Assembly (NCBI GenBank): GCA_977017575.1
Contig: CDRNVI010000044.1
Coordinates: 744,001-808,000, forward strand
Origin: Paramoeba atlantica
Taxonomy: Eukaryota > Protista > Discosea
Length of the DNA stretch: 64,000 nt
Direction: 5' to 3'
Below, one piece after another: positions 29,432 through 39,947 of the stretch. The stretch's first letter is position 1. The number at the start of each line of letters is the position of its first letter. The position numbers were made by a program, and so were the translations under genes. Under the pieces are notes generated by a model. That model made no database searches. It saw nothing but the letters and a program-made list of their open reading frames with translations, and was not told the DNA's origin.

Positions 29432-30358
29432 TTAATCAGGAATTACACCTTTGAAAAAAGTGTAAAAAGGGCCTTGCCACGTGCGCGTGAATATATACAA
29501 AGGAGGGATCCAAAAGATACGATGTGAAAAATATTTCCTCCATGTTCCATGCATATCTTTAATTTTGCGGCGCGCTATTTCACTTCTCATGCGGTGCACA
29601 CGAGAGAAGGGGCGAAGTCGTTGCATGAGTTGCAGTCGATCATCAAATTGGTACAATGGAGGAAACCCCCATGGGGTAAAAAACTCGCTCCTTTCAGAGA
29701 TCCGCTGGTATAACTCGAAGTAGGGTTGCATAGGTCGTCTACATAAATTTGCCTCGCGCATCGCATCCGCTGCGGCGCAAATTCCCAAAAGTCGGGTGCG
29801 CGCTCCATTCTCCAGCTGCCTTTCTGAAAATTGTCGAAACGCAGGACTTTTAATTGCATTTTCATAAAAGTAGAATGCTGTTCGAGGATGCATTTCCTTA
29901 AGGGCCACGGCCTTCATGAGAGCGCTTAAATGCTGATAAAGTAAGCGCGACTGCATGTCACCCGGATTTAGTACAGCCATGGCAGTCATACAAAGCCAAA
30001 CAATAACTTCATCTTGTGCAGCGCAGGTGTCGTAAAACTTTTGAAATTTACGGGCACTAAGAATGTCTCCTAGTCTCCGCCCCTCAATGAAGTCTGTGAA
30101 AGCGTGAAATTGCGCATCTTCTTCAGATTCGAACTTAATTTTTGAGACTTTGCCCTCAAGACGCGGCGGGGTGTCGGTTTGCTCTTGAGCTGCCTGGCCT
30201 CCGGCAACGTACTTGTTTTGCTTCTGCTGAAGAGGATTCTTTGAGTGCCCTACTCGAAGAAGGCCAGGAGTAAAAATAGGAGCACATGGTATCGGATGCA
30301 CCTTCCGCCGCTTGGCGGCAAACATAGCTTTCCCAGTGGAGCGCGGACGCTGCGACAT
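29432..30358 (-). CDS. Conserved kinetoplastid protein, tentatively a mitoribosomal SSU protein (mS57-like, from recall)
   Basis: Blocks WLCMTAMAVLNPGD, MHPRTAFYFYE, CRRPMQPYFELYQRISERSE, TPWGFPPL and IFWIPP resemble a trypanosomatid mitoribosome protein; unverified. Confidence 0.55.
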   Translation of the reverse strand: MSQRPRSTGKAMFAAKRRKVHPIPCAPIFTPGLLRVGHSKNPLQQKQNKYVAGGQAAQEQTDTPPRLEGKVSKIKFESEEDAQFHAFTDFIEGRRLGDILSARKFQKFYDTCAAQDEVIVWLCMTAMAVLNPGDMQSRLLYQHLSALMKAVALKEMHPRTAFYFYENAIKSPAFRQFSERQLENGARTRLLGICAAADAMREANLCRRPMQPYFELYQRISERSEFFTPWGFPPLYQFDDRLQLMQRLRPFSRVHRMRSEIARRKIKDMHGTWRKYFSHRIFWIPPLYIFTRTWQGPFYTFFKGVIPD

Positions 30359-30812
30359 ACGTTATGTATAGTGATTACGAAAACTACGGAAATACGTGTG
30401 CCGGATTTTTACTTCTAATATGTTAAGCTTAAGCCTAACCTTTCTGGGTTTCTAATTTGCAGTCTTGGAGAATTTACAAAATTCTCTTACTTCTAACGAA
30501 AAAGAAAAATCAAGATCTAAATACCCAACGTAAGCCTAGTTGTTCTGTCTTCAGTATGATCATAGTACAGCTCTAAATATAGAGACCACAAATTCCCATA
30601 CGAGATGGGACACAAAAGCTGTGCGGGGAGGCTTCGAAAATTCGCCTTGCGCAAGCAGCAGTGTGTACACAGACTTCGGCGTACTGTGCGCACCTTTAGT
30701 ACGGTGAGCTTTACCTTCTTGTCCAACTTTTCACGTTATATCAAAATGGAAAAGAACGGAAATCTTGTAGCAAAAGGTGGTGTATTCGACCCAAACACTT
30801 ATGCTAATGAAT

Positions 30813-31175
30813 TCACTCAACTTCATATCCGTCGTTTCCTTGTAGATTATAATTGTTTACTCCAACAGGAACATGCGTTACGCCAGTACGATGAGAAGTG
30901 GATAACGCAGTTTTCTGTTCAGCACGTGTTTCCACGAAATTTGTCTTAGGAATGCCAAATTTTTTCATATCTTGTTTCGCCATCAAACCACGCTCCATGC
31001 GACACGTTAAGTATTTTGTGACAAATTCACGACACTTGGGGGCTAGAAATTCTTCGGCTTCAAGGCAACGATAGTATTCCGCGATCTCTGACTTACACTC
31101 TCGAAGGTGGTCTAAGGGAAAAGCGCCGAGTTCTGGAGCCTTTGGTGATGGACGGTTAGGGGCTGGTGTGCTCAT
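30813..31175 (-). CDS. COX19: Cytochrome c oxidase assembly factor Cox19 (twin CX9C)
   Basis: PELGAFPLDHLRECKSEIAEYYRCL...APKCREFVTKYLTCRMERGLM. Confidence 0.88.
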   Translation of the reverse strand: MSTPAPNRPSPKAPELGAFPLDHLRECKSEIAEYYRCLEAEEFLAPKCREFVTKYLTCRMERGLMAKQDMKKFGIPKTNFVETRAEQKTALSTSHRTGVTHVPVGVNNYNLQGNDGYEVE

Positions 31176-31631
31176 TAAATAAAATTAGCATCAAAAGAAA
31201 ATGAACCTTGATTCATGTAGAAAGAGGTCAAGAATGTCCGTTATAATGAAATTTGCAAAATCGAGGATTGATGAAAAAGTGAGTCTACATAATCTATATA
31301 TTGCCCCTTTTACTCTTGCTAGATGATCTAACAAGATTAATCTCTGCACTTTTAGTGCATGACTATCAAAAAATGATCTAACAAGCAATATCTAACTTAG
31401 ATCTTACTTCATGTTCAGGACCATTAGATAAATTACGCTGTTCCCTTAAGTAAACATTTTAACTATTTCCTCTATACACCTTTCTCAAAGTTAACGGACA
31501 TCTAAATAGAATTACAAAAACGTTCTGTGGTTGCATAGATCAGTCGTCGTTGGATGGCCTTCATTGATAAAATAAAAGATTTTAAGTCTTATTTTAAGAT
31601 TTTAAGTCTTATTGAAATATCTTATCGAGAC

Positions 31632-32210
31632 CTATTTCTTACCGGAAGGAATTAGCATTACTTGGTTAGAAAGAGAGGCATCAAATTTGTAGAAATAAGT
31701 TGATGCACGAGATCTCTCTTTTTGAGCAACACGGGCGTAATACAACTTGTCTGCTAACGGAAGAGCTCTGTACATCGCTTGATTCGGCGGGAAAGCGAAA
31801 AGTTTTATTCTGTTTGCATGCATTTGAAAAGCTTGAAACGGGGTTCGCGAAAGCGAAGCCATTTGTTCAAAAAACTTTTGTCTTGCATGTTCATTTCTGG
31901 TACATATACGAATTATTGGTTCTTGCTGGGTCAGCCTCAGCTCATCCCACTTCGGTTGCTGTTTTACAATAACATTGAAATTTGGACCCGTTGGGTTTTT
32001 GACTCTCCCGACATGGGCATTAAGTTGAGTCTCGTAAATGCGTTGTGGGTCGGTTGGGTATCGCTTCAGCACACGTTCGCACCGTTTGTTCCATAACTTT
32101 ATCGCAGCGCCATTGATCTTTGCTTTCCTTTTCCGAGAGAAAGACTCTGCCAAGATTCGAGAGTATACGTGAATAAACCCCGATGTAAAAAGTCCCGTTG
32201 CTGTTTCCAT
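31632..32210 (-). CDS. Basic protein with degenerate HMG-box-like C-terminus (possible kinetoplast-associated KAP-like protein)
   Basis: Lys/Arg-rich. TPFQAFQMH...AMYRALPLADKLYYARVAQKERSRA resembles HMG-box helices. Confidence 0.45.
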   Translation of the reverse strand: METATGLFTSGFIHVYSRILAESFSRKRKAKINGAAIKLWNKRCERVLKRYPTDPQRIYETQLNAHVGRVKNPTGPNFNVIVKQQPKWDELRLTQQEPIIRICTRNEHARQKFFEQMASLSRTPFQAFQMHANRIKLFAFPPNQAMYRALPLADKLYYARVAQKERSRASTYFYKFDASLSNQVMLIPSGKK

Positions 32211-32482
32211 GTGCCGAAAACGTTAAGACAAGTATATACAAGTATGTACGTTTATGAGTAAACTTAAAGCCATTTCTTTGGGGAAGGGGTTATTGTCCCC
32301 TTTCCAGTATTTAATGAAAATAGTGTTTTGATGAAAAATTCAACACTTTGAAAGTGAAAACTCCAAAGCTAAAAAGGAGTCATCTTATTCTCCTTAGTGT
32401 CATCACGACGCCTGTCAATAGGAAACGGATTGTATAGATCAATAAACGTGTATTGTACAGTGTATAGATCTCACGTATTTAC

Positions 32483-34510
32483 TCATGCATGCTCTTCTTT
32501 TGTGAAGCCTTTTCTATTGGCCGTAATGGTGAACAAGACTGGGTCATTTCGATGGCGACGCCTTTGACAATTGTCGCACATTAGAGCACGAGGCTGATGC
32601 CGCATGCCACACTCTCTACATTTCCACATGCCTCCATGTTCAATATCAGTCAACGAGCCTCGATACTCTTTTGAATAAAAGGACTTCAAGGTTCTACATC
32701 GATGACAACTGGTATTAAGAGGTAGATTCGTATACTTACAGAGCTCACAGATCCAGGGAAGTCCTGCATACTTCTGATCCGTTGCGTTGGAATGAACGTC
32801 CTCGGCCCATTCGACGCTGTCATGATCTCTTGTTTCCCTAAGAGGGAAAGCAGAAGTTATATGGCGATGAGTGGTGCGATCATATGTTTCACCCGACATT
32901 ATATCTACTAACGGAACGGTTGACCATGAGCGGGAGCTGCGATCTGAAACGTGCTCTTCTTCCTGTCTTAAGATATCTGCCATATAGTTCATCGCTTTGG
33001 AAAGGGCAATGCTGAAAGTGTCATGAAGATCTGGTATGTTTTGCATTATTATGGGCCGCCTGGGCAAAAGTAATGATCGTAACTGTTGGAGAAACTCCAC
33101 CCCCGCGCTATCGACGAGAGTGATACTAAAGCCGGATCGAAACGCTCGAGCTGTTCGCCCGCAGCGATGCAAGTACGTTTTGGCATCTGTAGGCACGTCA
33201 TAATGTACAACGTATAGTACACGCTGGTCAAAATCAATTCCCCGACTCAGCAAATCTGTCGTAAGAACTATCTGAAATTTGTCAGCGGAAAGAAGAGAGT
33301 GTTGCTTGCCGCGATCTCGGTTTGAAGTGCGGTGAGAAAATTCACAGCTAGCAAATCCAAATATTCTCAGAAGGCAATGAAGTCGATGAGACCGTCTTCT
33401 AGAAGAGCAAAAAACAATTAGCAAATCTCCAGCCGCGAGAGGAGCAAAGTGCGTTTCCTTACGTTCGATACGTGAATCAGACTCAAAGTGTTGCTGTTCA
33501 CATTTTAGTGCCAGCAAAAGTGAACACAATGTATTAATCTTGACATCCTCATCAGTTTCTATGAAATGCTCAATCAATTCGGGCGGGAGCACTAGATCCA
33601 ATGAATCACGCACATGCACGTCATCAAAGTTTTCTTTTTTTGACGTTATATTTTCCGTGGGCTCCATTGAACAGGGTGTACGCGGCTCCATTTTTTCGTA
33701 ATTGCAGCGCGCTGGCGCATCGCTTTGTTTGTGAATACCTGTTCTTAGAGTAGAAGTACATAAAGGACTATCTAACATAAAAGGATTTACCGGATAAATG
33801 TTAAATTCATACGCTAGTTGTACGTTAAACGTAGCACTACAAAAAACCTTGTGTAAAGGAGGTGCGAGCGGTAATCGATTTGTGGACTTAACAATATCGT
33901 GCAACGCCAGAGCATTTGAGAAAGATAGGAGAGCGTCAGCTTCGTCAAAGACCAAAAATCGAGTACGACGTAAGAGATCAGGGATAATTTCCAAATGCTC
34001 TTGAAGCCGTTGCGGAGTGGCGATAACAATATGAGCATGAAAATTGGCGTTTACTCGATTCCATAGTTTATGGTGATCTGGATGATTTTTAATTTTTTTA
34101 GATGACACTCCCTGGTAAGGATGCTCTGAATGCCCCGAGAGAAGCACTCCTTCGTCTTCCAGTGGGTGAAATCCGTTTATGAGGGCAACACGTATGGGTA
34201 ATGAAGCGCAAAGTTTTATAAACACATGGTAGGTCTGATTAGCCAAATCCTTAGTGGGTAGAAGTACTACAGCCTGAACGTAATATTGGAATCGTTTCCC
34301 GAGATACTTTGCTATTGGGAGTGCATAACACAATGTTTTTCCAGATCCAGTGGGAGAGGATAGGCAAATATCGCTACAATGTTCTTGTACTGCGCAGTTG
34401 TGTAAGTGGTCCAAGGTCAGGTCTTGAATCGCAAAAAGTGATTTAATCCTAAATTCTTTGCGCAAAGCAGTTTCAATGGCTTGGGGAAGCTTATCCTTCG
34501 AGGAAAACAT
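32483..34510 (-). CDS. DEAD-box RNA helicase (DDX51/Dbp6-like) with two C-terminal RanBP2-type zinc fingers
   Basis: SPTGSGKT, FDEAD, SAT, TDLLSRGIDF and YLHRCGRTARA motifs. C-terminal WICELCKYTNLPLNTSCHRC and WKCRECGMRHQPRALMCDNC. Confidence 0.9.
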   Translation of the reverse strand: MFSSKDKLPQAIETALRKEFRIKSLFAIQDLTLDHLHNCAVQEHCSDICLSSPTGSGKTLCYALPIAKYLGKRFQYYVQAVVLLPTKDLANQTYHVFIKLCASLPIRVALINGFHPLEDEGVLLSGHSEHPYQGVSSKKIKNHPDHHKLWNRVNANFHAHIVIATPQRLQEHLEIIPDLLRRTRFLVFDEADALLSFSNALALHDIVKSTNRLPLAPPLHKVFCSATFNVQLAYEFNIYPVNPFMLDSPLCTSTLRTGIHKQSDAPARCNYEKMEPRTPCSMEPTENITSKKENFDDVHVRDSLDLVLPPELIEHFIETDEDVKINTLCSLLLALKCEQQHFESDSRIERKETHFAPLAAGDLLIVFCSSRRRSHRLHCLLRIFGFASCEFSHRTSNRDRGKQHSLLSADKFQIVLTTDLLSRGIDFDQRVLYVVHYDVPTDAKTYLHRCGRTARAFRSGFSITLVDSAGVEFLQQLRSLLLPRRPIIMQNIPDLHDTFSIALSKAMNYMADILRQEEEHVSDRSSRSWSTVPLVDIMSGETYDRTTHRHITSAFPLRETRDHDSVEWAEDVHSNATDQKYAGLPWICELCKYTNLPLNTSCHRCRTLKSFYSKEYRGSLTDIEHGGMWKCRECGMRHQPRALMCDNCQRRRHRNDPVLFTITANRKGFTKEEHA

Positions 34511-34720
34511 CAAAATAAGATATTGAATGTGCAAAAATGTAGGAGTGTACCTAAATCATAATTACATGACATGTATTTCGAGATATTCGGGATCGCTTAC
34601 TTCGGTACATGACAGAACTAGACAGGTGTATTAAATGGATGTACTGTCCCCCCCTATTTACTATTGAGTGCTCAACCCCCCTATTTAGTGTTGAATTTGG
34701 GGTTTGGTGCGTATAGGTGC

Positions 34721-35397
34721 GGCGAAGCGGCGCTTAATTTTTTTCCACCATAACGTTTTTTTTCTTATGTTTGCTTGTTATTTGTGATTGTTTACTCTCC
34801 CTCTCATTGATTTTTATAAATATAACTTATAGCAAAAATTAAAATGAAAATTTATAATTATTTTTAAAAAATCAATGAGAACGCTTCCCAAGGATACTGA
34901 TTTTTACCGAAAGAGTCACCCTGCTTGATAGTTCTTCACTATCGCTACAACTCATAGGACGTTGATCGAATAAATAAAACCTGGAGAAGTCTTCTGAAAA
35001 ATCGAGAAATGTTAAAATGTGGAACTTTTTATTTTATAATTTTTAAAAATCTTTTCATTAATTAGACGAAAAGCGGATAAAATACAAAATAAAAACGTAT
35101 CTCCGGTGTTCTCTGTGGTAATCTGAGTATGCCTGAAAAAACATTATCTAAAAACAAGTCTCGCAGCTGTTACAAGGATGGTCCCATTTTTCGTGAACGG
35201 GGTTGTAGGCGCCGCGAAGCGGCTATTAATTTTTTTTCAAAAACTTTTTTTCCTTATCTTTGCTTGTTATTTGTGATTGTTTACTCTCCCTCTCATTGAT
35301 TTTTATAAATATAATTTATAGAAAAAACGAAAATTTATAAATTTATTTATATTTATTAAAATCAATGAGAAAGCTTCCCAAGGATACTGATTTTTAC
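34721..35397 (+). repeat. Two ~190-bp AT-rich direct repeats (about 34721-34907 and 35213-35397), each with an internal inverted repeat
   Basis: Shared GCGAAGCGG...TTTGCTTGTTATTTGTGATTGTTTACTCTCCCTCTCATTGATTTTTATAAAT...ATCAATGAGA...GCTTCCCAAGGATACTGATTTTTAC. Confidence 0.9.
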
Positions 35398-35549
35398 ATC
35401 GACTTTTTACATCCGTTCAGAAGTTTTAGTTCTGTTCCGGTAAGTAAACATAGAGTAAGTAATGAAAATGCGTCGAGAGAAGCGCTCTTTCTAACAACAA
35501 ATTTATCTAAAAAAATAACTACTGGTGGTAAATAAATTTACGAAGGCTT

Positions 35550-36110
35550 TTACAAAACAAAGGGGTGATCAGCACTTTCAGGAGAAATCATGTCCTCTTC
35601 ATTTTCTTCTGCTGCATCAAGAACCGGTATCACTGTAAACAGTTCGCTCGCCCGGCGAATCGCTTCAAGGATGTTTTCTGGCTTATTTAGACTTTACGGC
35701 GAAATTCCGACCTTACTCCGCGCTTGAACATTAGCATACCTCTGCCGATTATCATTAAGGTGGGCGTACGTTTTGATAATACTGTCAAGAAGCTGTGCTT
35801 TGCTATTTTTGCTCCGATCGACCGAGTGTCACCGATTAGCTTTCCCTCAGTGTATTGAGTCTGACAGTATTTCAGTAAGGCCAAGATTAGGTAGTATAGT
35901 AGTTTTGGCTTCCAGCGGTTAAAGAGACCCACATCGCAAGGCTGAAGTCTTCATGTGCACTTTTCTGGAATGTACACAATTCGCAACCATGAAAAAGTGT
36001 CTTCGTTGCGCGTGATAAGTACAGAGCGCGTGGTTTGTACAGAGCAGCAATCCAAGAGAAGAATCAAGGCAGTTTTTGTTCAGTTTGTAAAATATGTCCC
36101 CCCACAGGGC
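35550..36110 (-). pseudogene. pogo/CENP-B family (DDE_1) transposase pseudogene fragment
   Basis: Minus-strand translation TALILLLDCCSVQTT...WLRIVYIPEKCT*RLQPCDVGLFNRWKPKL matches LLLDxxxxH...F(L/I)P..(T/C)T..LQPxDxG(I/L)F..(F/W)K. It has in-frame stops and a frameshift into ...ARSKVGISP. Confidence 0.78.
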
Positions 36111-37291
36111 TTTTATACAAATGTCCCACAGCGTTCATAAAGATGTATCCCCAACCGAGTGAAAAAAATACTACAATCATGGTTTTGAAAACAATACGCC
36201 GCGAAGCGGAGCGCTTTCTTTTGAGGGGAGGAGATTTCTTACCCCCCCTATCTAGAGGGGTGACTCTGGGTGGGAGCGCCTGGAAGCGCCAAGGACCTTT
36301 GTCTTAATTTTTCTTTTTACTTTTTCTTAATCTTATTAGCTTCAGTTAGAGGATGTGGTAATCATGTTGTTGGAAATGTTTAGCCTACAAGACTTTATCA
36401 TGGTTTCGACCGCATAACATATTTTAGAATATTTTAGGGAGGTCATCCTCAGGTGTGGCGACCCCCCATTGTTTGATTTTTGTTTTCAATTTTGGACCAA
36501 CGGAGCCGTTTTTTATCTTTTTGACACATGGTAGGCTAACTATGGAGTGTTCATTGTCACTGGTGAGGCTTCCCACATATCGCTCTTCGCCGCTCTCCTC
36601 GGCGCCCCCTGGCCGCCCTCCTCGCCTGCCGTCTTGGCCTGCCCTCTTCGCCCCCACTCTTGGCCATCCTCCTGACCACTCAATTCGCCCCCCTGCCACG
36701 CCCTCTTCGCACCTTCCTTCACCCATGCGCCGCCCGCCTGACCACTCATGAGGAAAGTCCGGTCTTCTTGTATGATTGAGGGTTTCGACTCTCTCGTGTT
36801 AAAAGATCACGCTTCGCGTGGAGAACCGGTAGCGCGACCTATGCGTGAAGTAGGAAGCCAGAGCTCTTCGGAGCCAACTGGCTTGACTCACACGCACAGA
36901 CACACGCACGCTAGTGAAGCGACCTAGGAGAGCCTTGCGTCCCCGTACTCGGGCGGATCCCGAGAGCCGGAGTGGTACTTGCGGCGCTTGCATGGGGGAA
37001 TTGCGGGCGCTCTTGTTACCAACAAAAACAACAACAATTTACGACATTCATCTCTTGTTGACGCAGTGCAAAATGCCTTATTACCGGGACCGAACGATAG
37101 CCACGGTCCAATCTGCCACTTCCTTGGACAAAATTTTAGAAAATAAAAAAGTATACCCCCCATGTCCCCACATAGGGGGGTTTACGTTGCTAATCCTCAA
37201 ATTACCAAGTCCGAACTCCACAGAAGTTCACTGGAAGCGCCTAAAAGCGCCTAGAAGCGCCTGGATAGGAGTCACCCCTCAAGAGTCCTAC

Positions 37292-37388
37292 ACCCAAATC
37301 AAATTACTGTCCCCCCCCTATTTAGTGTTGAATTTTTCGGAATTTCACTCAACACTAAATAGGGGGGGGACAGTAATTTGATTTGGGT
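37292..37388. repeat. Perfect 40-bp inverted repeat with 17-nt spacer containing the transposon TIR
   Basis: ACCCAAATCAAATTACTGTCCCCCCCCTATTTAGTGTTGA (37292-37331) is the exact reverse complement of 37349-37388. Confidence 0.95.
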
Positions 37389-38067
37389 ATAGGACAAAGA
37401 TAAATCTAACACATAACTCATGTATATGCACAAATCCAACACGAAACTTAACTTTGCGCAAGAATAACACGTGATTTAATGAAGATTTGGTGGTAGAGTT
37501 TAGGGTGAACTTAATACGGAAGCTTTTTGAAGTCTAGAAACCACGCTCCGACCAGATCGCTGGATAAAGCTAAAGAACGGCTCGGAGTTTACTCGAGTCA
37601 ACATCTCCGCGGAAGAAATACTTTCTCCTAGTCCTATCATGAGCGGAGGATTATCCGATTATGTATCTTAGATACAGGATTATGGACATCTGTACCAGGG
37701 ACAGAGATTTGCGATCTAGGTACTACCTAGAAATATTTTTTTGCCGAAATATCATAAACTAATAATTTTTTGTTAAAACAAATCTCATTTCTATGGAGCC
37801 AAAGACAGCGCATTCTGACTAGTTATTCGTGGTTCTCTTGTCAGAGTCACGTATTATGCAAAACAAATCAGTCAAGAAGCTCGCATGACGCTCTCAAGAC
37901 GTTTGTCCCAAAAATCACGAACGGGGTTGTACATGTAGCAGTAATTAGAAGAGTATCATTAGTAACGCGTAGTAGCTAAAGGTTCCGCTTGATCCCTCGA
38001 GACCAGTCCTCAACCTTCATTTATCGAAAATTGTTTTGGTGAATTTTACCATCCGCTCTATTTTTTT

Positions 38068-38907
38068 TTATTGTGATGCATCAAAAATTGTGATGTAGCA
38101 GTGTTTCAAAAATGAGCGTGCTGTGCAGGGAAAATCACTTTCAGGTGCATTGAAGAAGACACAGTTGGCAACTAGCCGCAAAATGCAAAGAAGTAATTTG
38201 GATATGGTATCTATATTTCCATGTTCGATTTCTCTACGTATGCTAGAAAGGTCGATCGGACGCAAAACAGTGTTGCTATATGGACCAGCGAACGCACCTC
38301 CGTACGTCATTAAAACGCTGGATTCAACTGGATAAAGAAAAACACCGCTGCCCGGAAATGTACAGCATACATCTAAACAGTGCAAAAGTTTTGACTGAAA
38401 GACTGGACGAAAGACTCGCTCTTGTTTAGGGTGCGAATTCGCATCCATTCCCCGCGCTTGTCTTTTTTTCCGGAACCATTCTCGGGTCAACGAGATGTTA
38501 AAAGTAGGATCACTTGACGAGTCTTTAATAATGCTTTGTAATGCTGGTGCATTAGGAATAAATGTGTAGGCATCTAATGCTTTATCCAAGGAGCCAAAGT
38601 GAGATGTCGCTCTAGAAAGGTAGCTCGTGAGAACTTTGACGCTCATAAAAATTCCTGTGATAGAGTACAACATGGCAGCAATCTCTAGGGTATGGTCACT
38701 GCACTCTGCCGTATCAAATGATTCAGCTCCTGTAGCTTTTACAATTGAAAAAAGCGTTAAATTGAACACGTCATCAATCAAGAGCTCTGGTAGTGAAGTT
38801 TCCCAGAATACATTTTTCACGTCGTGCATTTCAGAATAATCTCTATGGCTTCGACCAATATTGGAACTAATAAAGGAAAATAATTTAGAACCCACTCGAG
38901 AAATCAT
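38068..38907 (-). CDS. Bromodomain-containing protein (C-terminal bromodomain)
   Basis: YPVE...PYSNTVLRPIDLSSIRREIEHG...LVANCVFFNAPES...ARSF retains the conserved Asn. Confidence 0.7.
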   Translation of the reverse strand: MISRVGSKLFSFISSNIGRSHRDYSEMHDVKNVFWETSLPELLIDDVFNLTLFSIVKATGAESFDTAECSDHTLEIAAMLYSITGIFMSVKVLTSYLSRATSHFGSLDKALDAYTFIPNAPALQSIIKDSSSDPTFNISLTREWFRKKRQARGMDANSHPKQERVFRPVFQSKLLHCLDVCCTFPGSGVFLYPVESSVLMTYGGAFAGPYSNTVLRPIDLSSIRREIEHGNIDTISKLLLCILRLVANCVFFNAPESDFPCTARSFLKHCYITIFDASQ

Positions 38908-39093
38908 AACTATGGCTCTACACTATAGCTGCTTATTGCGGTGGTTGTATAACTACCGCTCTACCCTCGATTATTGAAAAAAAGTGAACAAAAGCAGTGA
39001 AAATATAAAGAGGAACACAGTAATATACTATAGAAAAAAATATAAAAGGGGTCTCCGGTGGTCCAAAACTGAAAAGAAAATTAAAAAAAATGT

Positions 39094-39235
39094 GGGGTCC
39101 AGAGGGGCGGGTCCAGGGCGGGGGGGCAGAGGGTGGTCCAGGGGGGGGCAGGGGGGAGTGGCAGGGGGGGCCCAGGGGTGAGGTCGAAGGGGGTGTCCAG
39201 GGGGGGCAGGGGGGACAGGGGCGGGTCGAGGGGGC
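39094..39235 (+). repeat. G-tract array with strong G-quadruplex potential
   Basis: Many runs of 3-8 G separated by short linkers such as TCCA, CA and GGCA; intergenic. Confidence 0.8.
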
Positions 39236-39515
39236 ACAGCATGAGTGATTTCTAAGTTGAAAACAGCCACCGAGTTTAACGAAGACATTAAAAAAGAAAA
39301 TTATATACTATTATCTCAACGAAACTGCAAAAAATCACAGCAAAATGTTTTCTGTAGTAAACGTCAAAACTGGTTACAAAAATAACTGCTGAAGCAAACT
39401 CTGTAAAGTGGGGAGGACAGCTGCGCATGCAGAGTATTCTCTCCGTTTCGATAGACATCCTTTAGAACTCATGAAAAATGGCAAGGATCGGAAGGTGCGC
39501 AGAAAACTCGACGTT

Positions 39516-39947
39516 CTATCGTTCCACAGGTTCTGAACTGATTGAACTCTCGGCAAATTCATTAAACTCTTCATTCGTTTGATTCTCAGGTCCACCATAT
39601 TTAGGAGGATAGCGCTCTCCTCGAAGCGAAGTCCCACCCGGACCTGTAATCTGAATTGCAATGAGGCCTATTCTTGTTCGAAGTGTCCGAAATTCGACTT
39701 CCTCACTCACATTAAGGTATCTGTCTGTTGCAAGTGCTGGAACCCGACCAGCGTACCGGACACCGCCCGGAGTGTGGTCCAACAAAAACAGTTCATCTTC
39801 CTTCGCAAGAAATTCAAGACCTGTTTCTATTTCCTTTACACAGCCTTGGCGCCTCACGCTATCCCAAGAGACACAAATACCGTATTTTATGGCGAGTTTA
39901 CGCGGGATCAAAACGCTTTGAGAGGCTAGGCACAAAGCTTTTCGCAT
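39516..39947 (-). CDS. Hypothetical protein (~143 aa)
   Basis: ORF on the cluster strand with ATG at 39947; no family recognised. Confidence 0.4.
   Translation of the reverse strand: MRKALCLASQSVLIPRKLAIKYGICVSWDSVRRQGCVKEIETGLEFLAKEDELFLLDHTPGGVRYAGRVPALATDRYLNVSEEVEFRTLRTRIGLIAIQITGPGGTSLRGERYPPKYGGPENQTNEEFNEFAESSISSEPVER

Larger units (their letters stand above)
34642..37375 (-). mobile_element. Decayed pogo/Tc1-mariner DNA transposon with TA-flanked TIRs
   Basis: Left end TA|CTGTCCCCCCCTATTTA (34644); right end TAAATAGGGGGGGGACAG|TA (to 37373). An internal DDE_1 transposase relic lies between them. Pairing these two ends is inferred. Confidence 0.6.
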
